Source: Porphyridium purpureum (lineage: Eukaryota). Taken from it: a DNA stretch of 64,000 nt. The notes below the pieces were generated by a model. The model was given only the letters and a program-made list of their open reading frames with translations, had not been told where the DNA came from and searched no databases. The stretch covers positions 1 through 64,000 of the forward strand of contig VRMN01000001.1 of the NCBI GenBank assembly GCA_008690995.1, given 5' to 3'. Shown here piece by piece: positions 1-10,595 of this stretch (its first letter is position 1; each line of letters opens with the position of its first letter). The translations under genes and the position numbers were made by a program.

Positions 1-2
1 CC

Positions 3-3000
3 GTGGCAGGCTGTGAGGCCTCGTGGGCCGAGCCAGCTGGGCTGCTGCGGCACTTGGCGGGCAGTAATCACTCGGCTGAAACACTTGCCGCAGTGCCACC
101 GGACGCGCTCAGAGCGGTTGGGCTGGCACGCCGGGCGTGCGGCGCGATGTGCTTGCTGCCTGCGCTGTCCGTGCGCCACCAGCGCAGTCGATGCCGGGAT
201 CCTGCGCGTTGTGCTGTGGCATTTGACGGGCAGGGTGGTCGCGTGCAGTCTGCACAGCAAGCGGGCGCAAGCGGAGCATGCGATGACACTCGCAGTGGCT
301 CCGACACGGCCGCAGACACGCATGTGTCGACGGCGCGTCACGCCGCTGCGCATCCGCCGTCGCCGCTGCTCGACGCCCCCATACTCACCATTCTTCAAAC
401 GGTAGATTGGGTGCTGGGGCTGCGCGTGCGCACGTGGAAGCGCGTACCGGCAAAGTTTGCGCCGGACGTTGCGCTCGAGTTCAGCAGCATGCTCACGGAG
501 CTGGCCGAAGCCGCGTCCGAGGCCGCACAAGTCCGCGCGCTCGGAAAGCTGTGGGTGTTTCCGACTTTGGTGCTGTGCCTGCCCATGGAGCGCCAGAGCA
601 CGCGCGCGCGGGCAAGATACCTGGCGACGCGGCTCAAGATGTGGCGCTCCGATGCGCTCGAGCCACTGCTCGACTCGGTGCCTGTGGTGGACGGTCAACA
701 CCTCAGACCCATACCACCAGAGGCCGTGGAGCACCGCATCGTGCAGCATGTGCGCGCCAACCACATTGGCGCCGCGGCGCGACTGGTCGAGTCGGCGGGT
801 GTGCACGACGTCACGGACTCGGTGCTGGCGCGCTTGCGCGAGCTGCATCCAGAGGCAGGGGCTCGCAGCGGCAGCCACGACGCAGCGCTCGTCGCACCAG
901 TCGAGTCGGTCAGTATCGACCAGCTGCAGTGCATGCGCGTGCCGTGGGACGCGCAGGCGGTGCGCAAGTCCATTCTGGCCATTCCGCACACCAGCGGGTG
1001 CGGACCGTCGCGGTGGTCCATAGGCGTGCTGCAGCAGGTCATCCGCACGCCCGTGGCGGGTGACACGGCGCTCGGGGCCGTGGCTCTCGCGTTCAAGCGC
1101 ATCGCCAGTGTTGGTCTGCATCCGCAAGCTGGCGCGCTGTGGAGCCACGCACGCCTCATCCCGCTCAAGAAGAAGGACGGCGGCGTCCGACCGATTGCAG
1201 TGGGCGAGCTGCTGCGGCGCGTGCTGGGCAAGCTGGTGCTGGCACACCTGGGCAGCGACGCAGCCGAGTCGCTCCGGCCCGACCAGTACGGCGTGGGACG
1301 CCCGGCCGGGCTCGAAGGCGCGGTGCTGGGGACGCGCCTTGCCGCGATAGAGTCCAGGCACAGCCGTGCTGCTCGTCGACATTGCGAACGCGTTCAGCTG
1401 CGTCGACCGGCCCACGCTGATGCGCATCGTGCAGGGCCGTTTCCCCGCGCTGTGGCCGCTGGTGCGCTCAACGTACGCGCATCCGGCTCCGCTGCGAGTG
1501 GGCGCCCATGTGCTGGCCAGCGCGTGCGGCGTGCAGCAGGGCGACCCGCTGGGGCCCTTGCTGTTCTCGCTGGTGCTGCACAAGGTGCTGGCAGACACCG
1601 AGTCGCCGGGCTTGTCGTCGTTCTGGTACTTGGACGACGGCAGCATTGTGGGGCCGCTCGCGCAGCTGGAAGGCTTCCTGGACGCCTTTTCGAGCGACGC
1701 GGCCGTGCACGGCATGTGCGTGAACCGCACCAAGACGCAGCTGGTACTGCCTCCCGGAATGCACACGGCAGTCGTGCCCGCGGGACTCGCCGACCTGCCG
1801 CGTCTGGCGTGGGACCAAGCGCAGCTGCTCGGTGTGCCGCTCGACTTTACCGGCAGTGGCGAGTCGCTCGTGCCGATCACCAACGCGAGCGCGCAGGTGC
1901 TCCAGCTGGCGGAGCAGGTGGCCAAGCTCAGCCACCCCGAAGAGGCGTTCTACCTCCTGCGGGGCAGCGTCGGGCCAAAGCGCCTGATGCACCTGGCGCG
2001 CACCATGCCTCCGCCCGTCGTGACTCGCATCTTTGCCGAGTTTGACCGCGCGTGGCGCAGCATTGTCGCGCGCGCGCTGGGTGTGATGGCACACGAGGTC
2101 GGCGAGCCGTGCAAGGCCGAGTGGCGGCTGCCGTGCTCGCTTGGCGGCTTGGGACTGACCGCAGTGGCAGACATTGCGCCGTTTGCGTTTGCCGCCGGCA
2201 GTCGTGCTGCCGCGCGCGTGGTGGACAACCCGCCCGCACGCGTGTACCCTCCGTCGCTCGCGCAGTGGTGGCGAACGTTTGACGGAGACGCACACGCCGT
2301 GGCGCAGTGGCGCTTGGAGCCAGACGAAGATGTGGAAGCCCTGCTGGACTCGCAGGCACGTGGGAGCCGTCGCTTTTATCGACAATTGTGCTCAGATTGG
2401 TCCCACGCGCCGGCCCCGTCCGACCCAGACTTTCACCGACGTCGCAGCGTCAGCTCGCCGCACGCGCTGGCGTGGCTCGGGATGCCGTCTGCCACGCAGC
2501 TGGCCGGCACGCACGGAAGCGCGCCGCTGAGTGCAGATGCATGGCGCGTGGCTGTGCGACACATGCTGGGCCTGTCTGTGAGCCACGCAGCGCGGCGTCC
2601 GTGTCCGGCGCTCTCCGGGCAGCTCGGATGCCGTCTGTGGGGCCGAGCTGGACCAGCATGGTCACCACGCGCTCAGGTGTCATCTCGGGCCGTCGCGGTA
2701 CGGTCGGCACGCACTGGTGGTCGACGCCGTGGCTGCATTTGCGCGCGCCGCTGGCTTGCCGGTGGGCGCGAGGTGCCCTTCCGGCGCGGCTGACTTGCGC
2801 CAGCCGGGCGACCTGCGCGTGGACAGCACGTGGGTCGATGTGGCGGTGGTGGTGCCCGACCGCACCGGCACCAGGCGGTCCGACGGAGCGGCACTCGCGG
2901 CAGCGGCGCGTCGCAAGCAGGCCTCCTTCCAGGCTGCTGCGCGCACTGGCGACGCTGCTGGCGTGTCGTTCCAGGCGGTCATTCTGGACACGTACGGCCG

Positions 3001-3256
3001 GCGCGAACAGTGTGGAGCCGCGTTTCTGGAGACTCTGGTGGCGGCGTACATGCGGCACCGTGGAGTAAGCCAGATGCTGGCAAGCACGGCGCTCCACCGG
3101 TCGCTGTCGCTCGCGGTATACCGCTCGGTGGCGGCGGCGGTGCTTCTACGGCACCCGGGCCCGACTCTGTCAGTTGCCTCGCAGCACTGGCTGGAGACGG
3201 GCAGGCGCCTCTTTGTAGGCGAGGTACTCTCGGAATCGGAAGCAGAGTCGCACTGA
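3..3256 (+). pseudogene. RT-RLE polyprotein of the CRE-like element, broken by two frameshifts (~1355 and ~2630)
   Basis: ORFs 3..2045, 1366..2793 and 2717..3256 each carry consecutive parts of one RT/zinc knuckle/endonuclease protein. Confidence 0.8.
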
Positions 3257-3317
3257 CTTTGCTGATACATAGGTAAAGCACTTAGGCCCTTTAGATTTAT
3301 AATGTAAAACGATTTCA

Positions 3318-3364
3318 GAGTAACCCTAACCCTAACCCTAGAGTAACCCTAACCCTAGAGTAAC
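3318..3364 (+). repeat. Telomere-like (TAACCC)n tract with GAG interruptions
   Basis: gagtaaccctaaccctaaccctagagtaaccctaaccctagagtaac. Confidence 0.9.
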
Positions 3365-3369
3365 AAATA

Positions 3370-4918
3370 CACTCCTGGCCAAGATGGTTGTCCCAGGTGC
3401 AATTTCAAGGTCTGAACTCCAGTTTTATAGTAAAAACGAGCGTTTTCATATGAAATCAATGTTTATACCTTTTTTAACATATTTTTGTTCACCATGTCAG
3501 AGGTAAGCGCGCGCTTTTGCGGGACCCCATGAGGCCATGAAGGGGTTCAAGACATGTGAAAGAAGACTAACGCATCTACTGCACTCGGGCATACGATCGC
3601 GACCAAGTCCAGCAACCGCAAGCATCGGAAACATGGCACCACGGCTCTCCGACTTCGAGAAAGGGCAGATTGACGCTCTGCACCGGCTCTGTCTGACGCC
3701 GCAGGCCATTGCAGCACGTCTTCGTCCGCGACCAGACAAGACTCGACCATCGTACAAGACTGTGGAGCGATTTCTGAAGAATCGAGGCAAGAAGAGGGTT
3801 TTCAAGAAGCCCGGACCGGCACGGACAATATCGCCGAAATTGGAGCGTCGCCTGATTCGGCACGTCATTACGGATAGGTTGACGTCTGCACAGGCAGTGA
3901 CGGAGCTGCAGCTTGCGTGCAGTGCGAGAACTGTTCGTCGTATCCTGCAGAGATCACCAGAGGTTCGTATTATCGCGCAGAGGCGAAAGTTCTTCATTTC
4001 GAAAAAGAACCGAGTCAAGCGGCTTGCATTTGCTCGAGAATACGTTCACAAGCCGCTATCGTTTTGGAAGAATGTCATCTTCTCGGATGAAAAGATCTTT
4101 CGGCTGGACGGGCCACACGGGTACAACAAGACTTATCAGCGAACGCGAGGCCCTGAGCCCGCGCCAACCATGCGTCGCCATAGTGGCGGAGGATCCGCAA
4201 TGTTTTGGGGTGCCATGTCGTGGTACGGACTGAGTACGTTGCATCGTGTTCAAGGCTCGCTGAATGCCGAGCGATATCGGCAGGTTATGCTGAACGTCAT
4301 AATGCCCTGGGCACTGGAACTGCCTTGGCGCCTTGATCAGCCGGATTGTCCATTCATATTTCAGCAAGATAATGCGCCCGGACATGCAGCGCTGAGCACG
4401 CGCGAGCTGTTTGACACGGTTGGAATCGCACTACTTGATCGGCTAGCGCGGTCGCCGGACTTGAATCCAGTTGAGAATCTGTGGGCGATCGTTTCTCGCC
4501 GTGTGCATTGGCAAGGACGCCAGTTTATGCGCCTCGATGACATGCTTCCAGTTATCTATGACTGCTGGCGAACGGAAGCGCCAAAATATGTTGAGGCACT
4601 TTTCGAGAGCATGCCCCGTCGCCTGCAAGCTTGCATCGACGCCGGTGGCCGTCAAACCAAGTACTAGTTTCGTTACTACAGTTAAATCTCTTCTCATAAG
4701 CGTGTTCGTCCTCATCAACCTGTTTTATTATTTTTCTCTTTTTCGGCACTTCTCACACCTGTCGTTTTGTTCTACGATACCTTTGGACGCCCCTACCCAT
4801 TTTCCGTGCCGCTGATTCTTTTCGTGCCATCAAAACAGACGACAACCTAGTCGAAAAGCCGAGTTATTCACAAAAAACTTCATTTAATCCTGTGGGACAA
4901 CTAACTTGGCCAGGACTG
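3370..4918 (+). mobile_element. Tc1/mariner DNA transposon, copy 1, full length
   Basis: Imperfect ~25-bp TIRs (CACTCCTGGCCAAGATGGTTGTCCCA / revcomp CAGTCCTGGCCAAGTTAGTTGTCCCA); TA duplications at 3368-3369 and 4919-4920; transposase ORF. Confidence 0.95.
3633..4667 (+). CDS. Tc1-family DD34E transposase (ORF open from 3537; likely start MAPRLSDFEKG at 3633)
   Basis: IFSDEK...FQQDNAPGH...SPDLNPVENLW with 34 residues between the second D and E; N-terminal HTH region. Confidence 0.93.
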   Translation: MAPRLSDFEKGQIDALHRLCLTPQAIAARLRPRPDKTRPSYKTVERFLKNRGKKRVFKKPGPARTISPKLERRLIRHVITDRLTSAQAVTELQLACSARTVRRILQRSPEVRIIAQRRKFFISKKNRVKRLAFAREYVHKPLSFWKNVIFSDEKIFRLDGPHGYNKTYQRTRGPEPAPTMRRHSGGGSAMFWGAMSWYGLSTLHRVQGSLNAERYRQVMLNVIMPWALELPWRLDQPDCPFIFQQDNAPGHAALSTRELFDTVGIALLDRLARSPDLNPVENLWAIVSRRVHWQGRQFMRLDDMLPVIYDCWRTEAPKYVEALFESMPRRLQACIDAGGRQTKY

Positions 4919-5223
4919 TATAAGGCATTTTGTACATATACAATACATCGCGGTGCCGCTCAGGAGGCGTCATGAACATATACAAGGCGGCACACGTCTT
5001 GTCCACTTCTAAAGTACGTATGTAATGTGCAAATTTGAAACTTGAAGCGAGTGGCTTTTTGTAGTGATTGTGCTTCTCGCTCTCTGAATGTTGACAAACT
5101 GTGCATTCGAACACTTCGCCTCTCCAGCACGTTCTCTGAAATGTACTTGCACTTTTAATGCGCACAAGGCCAAAGTCACGCATCTTGCTCGCTCGTACAA
5201 AGCTGGTTTCATAAGAGCGCGCA

Positions 5224-5535
5224 TGTTATGAACCTCCTTTTCCTTTTACTTTCCCTCTCCTTCTTCTCTCCCCTTCGCTACCTCTCTCTCTTCTTCCTTT
5301 CTGTCCCCGAGCCTGCTCGCGGGTCTCCACGCCTTTATAGACTGCCGCCCCGTGTTCTCCAGCTCGCCGGGTAGCACTGTGAGAAAAATGACAGTGCACC
5401 AGCAAGGTTCCAGCAAGGTTCCAGCAAGGCCACAGCAAGGTTCCAGCAAGGCCACAGCAAGGCCACAGCAAGGCCACAGCAAGGCCACAGCAAGGATCCC
5501 GCAAGACTAGGTATCCGCGGGGTCGGCGGATAACA
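5224..5535 (-). repeat. 3' LTR of gypsy A; contains nine 11-bp tandem units CAGCAAGG(TTC/CCA/ATC) at 5400-5498
   Basis: Direct repeat of 10262-10573; TGTTA...TAACA termini. Confidence 0.95.
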
Positions 5536-5653
5536 TTTCCCCCCGGCTTCACTCGACGTCTCGACGAGTGTCCGGCAAAACAATAATTTCTGCTTTCTGA
5601 GCTCGAGGAACCCGCGCACCGGGAGAAAACCTCTGCTCGGCAGATTCACATAA

Positions 5654-8600
5654 CTAGTCGGTGTCTGATTGGTCAATGAGTCGTAGCAAGTCCGGTTCGG
5701 ACTCTAACGCAAGGATATCTTGGTCGGGTACTTCTTCATCATTTTCCCCTAAAGTTCGTTCGTTTCGACTGTAGTATGGCTTCATGTGTTGGATCGGAAA
5801 GACATCATGGCAAGTCAACCCGTCCGGCAATTTGACTCGATAGGCGTGACTGCTGATCTTTTCGACGATGCGTACGGGGCCGAGAAAGCGCTGACTTTCC
5901 AGGTTAGCTTTTCCTGGTCGCAGTTGTGGTGCCGTAATTAGCACTTGGTCGCCAACTTCGAATCCGCGTTTGATTTTGGTACGGTCGAAGAACTTTTGCA
6001 TCCGGCGCTGGGCTTCAACCAGATTGTCTCGAACCTCTTCTTGTACCTGACATAAACGATGCCAATGCTTCGCCAAATCTTTTGTCTGCCCATGTTGTGC
6101 ATGCGTCCATCCACCTGCTGGTGGATACCATGGTTCTCTGCCGTATACGACTTTGAACGGAGCATGTCCGGTAGAACTGCTTGGTGCGGAATTGTACGCG
6201 AACTCGTACAGCGGAAGATCTCGAACCCAGGTAGTACTCGTTGCCATCATCTTCAGCATTTCTCGGATGACACGGTTGACTCGTTCGGTCTGTCCATCCG
6301 TTTGCGGATGATTTGCGGTTGACATCGCGAGGTTCATACCCACGCGCTTGCTTAGCTGCTGCCAAAATGCCGAAGTAAAAAGTGTGTCTCTGTCCGATAC
6401 AATTGACCTTGGGTAGCCAAATCGGCTCACAACATGCTTGACAAACAAGTCGCCGCACTTCGGGGCGGTAAGCTCCTTCTTGGTTGGTATGAAGAGAGCC
6501 ATCTTGGAATAGCGATCCACTACAGTGAGAATAGCGTCGCACTTCCCTTCACTGCGTGGCAACTCTGTGACAAAATCCATGGCGATGTCTAACCACGGAC
6601 CATCTGCAATGGGAAGTGGCTTGAGTAGCCCGTAAGATCGATTCTCTGATTTCGTAACTTGGCAAGCATGGCACGTCTTCACAAATCTTCTCACTTCGTG
6701 CTTCATTTTTGGCCAGTAGAAGCGCTGAATCAGTGATGCGTACGTAGTATCGGCTCCACGGTGTCCAGCAACAGGGATATCGTGATGCAATTCCATCACA
6801 CGAGTACGAAACTTTTGCGGAACGCAAACGCGGCCCTTCAAATATAATATTCCCCTGCTCAGTCGAAAACCTTGGTGTTCCGGTACTTCCGCGACCAGCG
6901 CCGCGAAGTCTTCGTCCTTGGCGTATTCATCTTTGAAGTCTACAAAGTTCACTCCAAATTCGTCCGAACGTACTTGGTACTCCAAGGTGCCGAGATGCGG
7001 TCTGCGCGAAAGCGCGTCGGCTACTACATTGGACTTTCCTTTCACATAGTCGATCGTGATATCGAATTCGGCGAGGAAGTCTGTCCATCGTGCTTGGCGA
7101 CTGTTTAGCTCTTTCTGAGTCAGCAGGTGTTTTAGGGCCTCATGATCGGTGTGGAGCGTGAACTTGGCCCCATACAAATAGCATCTGAACTCCTTAAGGC
7201 AGTGAATTACTGCGAGAAGTTCACCCTCGTAACTACTGTACCTTGTTTCACGGTCCAAGAGCTTTCTGGATGTGAACGCAACTGGCCTATTCTCCTGCGC
7301 CAGCCAGCCTCCGACCGCGACCTCCGACCGATCCGTATACACTTCAAACGGCTTTTCTGGGTCCGGCAAAGCTAGCACCGGGGCTTCTGATAAGTGGCAG
7401 ATAATACTGCGAAACGCCTCTTTCGCCTGCGTATTCAATTCAATCATTTGTGTTTTCGACTTGACGTTTTGGAGGAGTTGAGTCAACGGTGCTACTACCG
7501 TCGAATATCCTTTCACAAAACGTCGAAACCAATTTGTCATGCCTAGGAAGGATCTCAATTCCGTCACGGTTCTCGGCTCGGGCCATTCTTTCAGGGCATT
7601 AATTTTCCGTGGGTCCATCTTGATGACTCCATTCCCAACGATGTTTCCCAAATACTCGACTTCTTGTACGAAAAAACTGCATTTCTTTCCTTTGAGTTTG
7701 TATCCAGCCTTCTGCAGTCTGGAAAAGACTTCTCTCAGAGCAGTCACGTGTGATTCTTCGTCCTTTGTGTAGACCAGAATGTCGTCGAGATAGACAACGA
7801 CTGTAGTGTCCAACAGGTCCGCAAACAATTCGTTCATGGTTCTCTGAAATGTTGCCGGGGCATTACATAACCCGAAAGGCATCACCAGAAATTCAAACAA
7901 ACCGTAACGAGTTTGGAATGCAGTCTTTTTCACGTCATCGGGCTCTACGAGGATCTGATGGTATCCGGAGAATAAGTCGAGCTTCGAGAAGTACTTTGCG
8001 TGTCTCAGCTGGTCGAGCATCTCTTCCATGTTCGGCAAGGGATATCGATCCTTGATCGTAACGTCATTCAGAGCTCGATAATCCACGCACATTCTCAAGC
8101 TCCCGTCCTTCTTCTTCACGAAGAGGACCGGAGCCCCGAAGGGACTTCGACTCGGCCGAATGAATCCTCGTTTCAGCAAGTCGTTTAGACTTTCCCGCAA
8201 AGCTTCGAGTTCACTTGGGCTCAGGCGGTACACGCGTCCAACTCTGACTGGCTTCTCATCTTTCAACTTGATGGTATGATTCACCTTGCGATCTGGGGGA
8301 AGGCTTTGCGGTTCTTCGAAGAGCCCTTCAAACTCTCTTACCAGCTTTTCAGTGTCCTCCGTACGTACGGAATCTTCCTTCACAGATGTTGTTTTTAGCA
8401 CTCCGAGAAAGCATTCTTGCAGTCCTTCGCCGCGCAAAAGTTGGCGAAGCTCCTTCCGCGTAATGACCTTGTTCGTGTTCACATTCTCGGAGCTTGCCTT
8501 CTTTCTCAGCCGCACACGTCCTTCCACCCAGTCGATGTCTGGGTTTGAAGCTCGAAGCCATTCCATTCCCAGGATGGCGTCCTGATCCTTCAGATCGCAC

Positions 8601-8935
8601 ACGACAAAGTTAATATTCTGTTCGGTTCCGTCAATCATGACCTTGACACCTTGTACCATACCAAAGGTATTTGTGGAGCTCCCGTCTGCAAGGGTTACGC
8701 TCCCTCCGTGCGAAGTAAACTTATCTTTCAAGTGTGGAATGCCGCGCAAGATGCGATGACTGAGGAAGTTGTGCGACGCGCCCGAGTCCAGCAACAAAGG
8801 AAGGTTTACACAGTCGACGCTTCCTTGGACTCTAATCATGTAATTTGCATTCCCCAGTGCACCGACTCTCGCCTGGAGCACTGTCTTGCTCAAATGGGGC
8901 TCCTTTTTCCCATCCATTTGAGCTACTCGAAATCC
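5654..8935 (-). CDS. Gypsy A Pol (protease-RT-RNase H-integrase), in the -1 frame relative to gag
   Basis: LLDSGASHNF, VYLDDIL, TDHEAL, HHCC zinc finger, IAMDFV...SDRD...QTERVNR; GPY/F-like C-terminus; no chromodomain. Confidence 0.95.
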   Translation of the reverse strand, partial: GFRVAQMDGKKEPHLSKTVLQARVGALGNANYMIRVQGSVDCVNLPLLLDSGASHNFLSHRILRGIPHLKDKFTSHGGSVTLADGSSTNTFGMVQGVKVMIDGTEQNINFVVCDLKDQDAILGMEWLRASNPDIDWVEGRVRLRKKASSENVNTNKVITRKELRQLLRGEGLQECFLGVLKTTSVKEDSVRTEDTEKLVREFEGLFEEPQSLPPDRKVNHTIKLKDEKPVRVGRVYRLSPSELEALRESLNDLLKRGFIRPSRSPFGAPVLFVKKKDGSLRMCVDYRALNDVTIKDRYPLPNMEEMLDQLRHAKYFSKLDLFSGYHQILVEPDDVKKTAFQTRYGLFEFLVMPFGLCNAPATFQRTMNELFADLLDTTVVVYLDDILVYTKDEESHVTALREVFSRLQKAGYKLKGKKCSFFVQEVEYLGNIVGNGVIKMDPRKINALKEWPEPRTVTELRSFLGMTNWFRRFVKGYSTVVAPLTQLLQNVKSKTQMIELNTQAKEAFRSIICHLSEAPVLALPDPEKPFEVYTDRSEVAVGGWLAQENRPVAFTSRKLLDRETRYSSYEGELLAVIHCLKEFRCYLYGAKFTLHTDHEALKHLLTQKELNSRQARWTDFLAEFDITIDYVKGKSNVVADALSRRPHLGTLEYQVRSDEFGVNFVDFKDEYAKDEDFAALVAEVPEHQGFRLSRGILYLKGRVCVPQKFRTRVMELHHDIPVAGHRGADTTYASLIQRFYWPKMKHEVRRFVKTCHACQVTKSENRSYGLLKPLPIADGPWLDIAMDFVTELPRSEGKCDAILTVVDRYSKMALFIPTKKELTAPKCGDLFVKHVVSRFGYPRSIVSDRDTLFTSAFWQQLSKRVGMNLAMSTANHPQTDGQTERVNRVIREMLKMMATSTTWVRDLPLYEFAYNSAPSSSTGHAPFKVVYGREPWYPPAGGWTHAQHGQTKDLAKHWHRLCQVQEEVRDNLVEAQRRMQKFFDRTKIKRGFEVGDQVLITAPQLRPGKANLESQRFLGPVRIVEKISSHAYRVKLPDGLTCHDVFPIQHMKPYYSRNERTLGENDEEVPDQDILALESEPDLLRLIDQSDTD

Positions 8936-9771
8936 GGAGCCTCTTCCGTGGTGTCCGTCTCCGTTTCGTTCGCATTCTCAGTAATTGTTCGCAATTGACG
9001 GCGGTTCTCAATTTTTCCACGGGCGGCGCGGCAGTTGCGTGCAATATGTCCTACACGGCGGCACAAATAACATGTACGCGTTTCCGTACTATCGGTGCCG
9101 GTGACTGTCCCCAACTCCATGGGTGCTCGTCCATCATGATCAATACGAACCTGCGTGCGTGGCACGGAGAAAGGAGAGCGGCTTTGCATGTTTCGAGCCG
9201 CGAATATGGCGTCATCTACGGCCGACGCAACATGGAAAGCGTCCATCAGTGTCTTCGGACGGCTCTTCAGCACTTCTACCAGCACATCCTTCTTCAAACC
9301 GCGCACGAATCGATCCAAGGCTTCGGCTTCCGAAACGTCGGAACACTGCAGCAAAACATCTCGAAACGAGGACGCGTAAGCAGCCACACTTCCCTTCTGC
9401 TCAAGCCTCGCGAGGCGGTCCCGCGCCCGACGTGCGTGATCGGCGGGCAAAAACTGGGCCTGAACTGCAGCTTCGAACTCCGCCCAAGTTAGCGGGGCCT
9501 CTCGTCGCTGATTCACCAGAAACCACCACGTCAGTGCTTCTTTCTCGAAATACGTCGCAGCTGTCTGGATACTGCGCATTTCGATCTCAGGGGGGACGGC
9601 CACATCGACTGGCCCGTCCATCATCACGCGTTCACGCCAGTGCTCCACCAGCGGCGTATACACCCTTCCTTTCGCGGCAAACAACCACGTCTGAACTTCC
9701 ATCGGGTCTCGCTTCCCGGAAAACATCATCAGCTTTGCGGTCTTTACCGCCATGGCACCGGTAGAGGCCAT
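8923..9771 (-). CDS. Gypsy A Gag
   Basis: Retrotransposon gag motifs (ALTWW, L.Q.GSVAAY, RFVRGL, PMELG) and CCHC knuckle CYLCRRVGHIARNC. Confidence 0.93.
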   Translation of the reverse strand: MASTGAMAVKTAKLMMFSGKRDPMEVQTWLFAAKGRVYTPLVEHWRERVMMDGPVDVAVPPEIEMRSIQTAATYFEKEALTWWFLVNQRREAPLTWAEFEAAVQAQFLPADHARRARDRLARLEQKGSVAAYASSFRDVLLQCSDVSEAEALDRFVRGLKKDVLVEVLKSRPKTLMDAFHVASAVDDAIFAARNMQSRSPFSVPRTQVRIDHDGRAPMELGTVTGTDSTETRTCYLCRRVGHIARNCRAARGKIENRRQLRTITENANETETDTTEEAPDFE

Positions 9772-10003
9772 CTTTACCCTGGCTTCTAGTGAAAATCCCA
9801 GATATAACCAAGCTATGCCTTCGCTTCACGTCACTCGAGGTGGGCGCTCAAACCGGCGGGGTAGTGCGCAATGCCTTGAACCCAACGAACCGGGAGACCG
9901 AGGATCGCCCGTACCACACACTCGAGCCTGTTACACACGATGCAAATTCTTGGCCAACTGTTCCGACGACACCAGAAGACCGAAAGTTGAGACGTATGCC
10001 ACG

Positions 10004-10211
10004 CAGGCAATCAACAAGCCACACAGGCAATCAGCAAGCCACACAGGCGATCAACGAGCCACACAGGCAATCAGCAAGCCACACAGGCGATCAACGAGCC
10101 ACACAGGCAATCAACGAGCCACACAGGCAATCAGCAAGCCACACAGGCAATCAACGAGCCACACAGGCGATCAACGAGCCACACAGGCAATCAACGAGCC
10201 ACACAGGCGAT
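10004..10211 (+). repeat. About 10 tandem copies of a 20-bp unit CAGGCRATCARCRAGCCACA in the gypsy A 5' leader
   Basis: Perfect 20-bp periodicity with no unique spacers. Confidence 0.95.
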
Positions 10212-10242
10212 GGGGCCACTCAGGCCCACACCCCCCTCGTCC

Positions 10243-10259
10243 AACCAGCGATGATACCA
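10243..10259 (-). promoter_or_regulatory. Primer-binding site of gypsy A (TGGTATCA..., initiator tRNA-Met type)
   Basis: TGGTATCATCGCTGGTT 2 nt inside the 5' LTR; the identical 17-mer is in gypsy B at 31962-31978. Confidence 0.8.
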
Positions 10260-10261
10260 GA

Positions 10262-10573
10262 TGTTATGAACCTCCTTTTCCTTTTACTTTCCCTCTCCTT
10301 CTTCTCTCCCCTTCGCTACCTCTCTCTCTTCTTCCTTTCTGTCCCCGAGCCTGCTCGCGGGTCTCCACGCCTTTATAGACTGCCGCCCCGTGTTCTCCAG
10401 CTCGCCGGGTAGCACTGTGAGAAAAATGACAGTGCACCAGCAAGGTTCCAGCAAGGTTCCAGCAAGGCCACAGCAAGGTTCCAGCAAGGCCACAGCAAGG
10501 CCACAGCAAGGCCACAGCAAGGCCACAGCAAGGATCCCGCAAGACTAGGTATCCGCGGGGTCGGCGGATAACA
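10262..10573 (-). repeat. 5' LTR of gypsy A
   Basis: Direct repeat of 5224-5535. Confidence 0.95.
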
Positions 10574-10595
10574 GCGCATCGTGTAAGAACGTGCA

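Larger units (their letters stand above)
1..3364 (+). mobile_element. Non-LTR retrotransposon with RT and C-terminal restriction-like endonuclease (CRE/SLACS/MoTeR-like clade); 5' end outside the window; 3' end runs into telomere-like repeats
   Basis: RT motifs RLIPLKKKDGGVRPIAVGE, QYGVG, DIANAF, GVQQGDPLGPLLF, WYLDDG; zinc knuckle C..CG.ELDQHGHHAL.C; RH helix; RLE-type QPGDL...DV; (TAACCC)n tract at 3318-3364. Confidence 0.85.
5224..10573 (-). mobile_element. Full-length Ty3/gypsy LTR retrotransposon A, recent insertion
   Basis: Two apparently identical 312-bp TG...CA LTRs; 5-bp TSD GCGCA (5219-5223 and 10574-10578); PBS TGGTATCATCGCTGGTT; PPT GGGGGGAAA; gag and pol ORFs. Confidence 0.97.

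Noticed and set aside
10004..10211. CRISPR-like regular repeat array
   Set aside because: Units are contiguous 20-mers with no unique spacers, inside a retrotransposon leader, with no cas genes.
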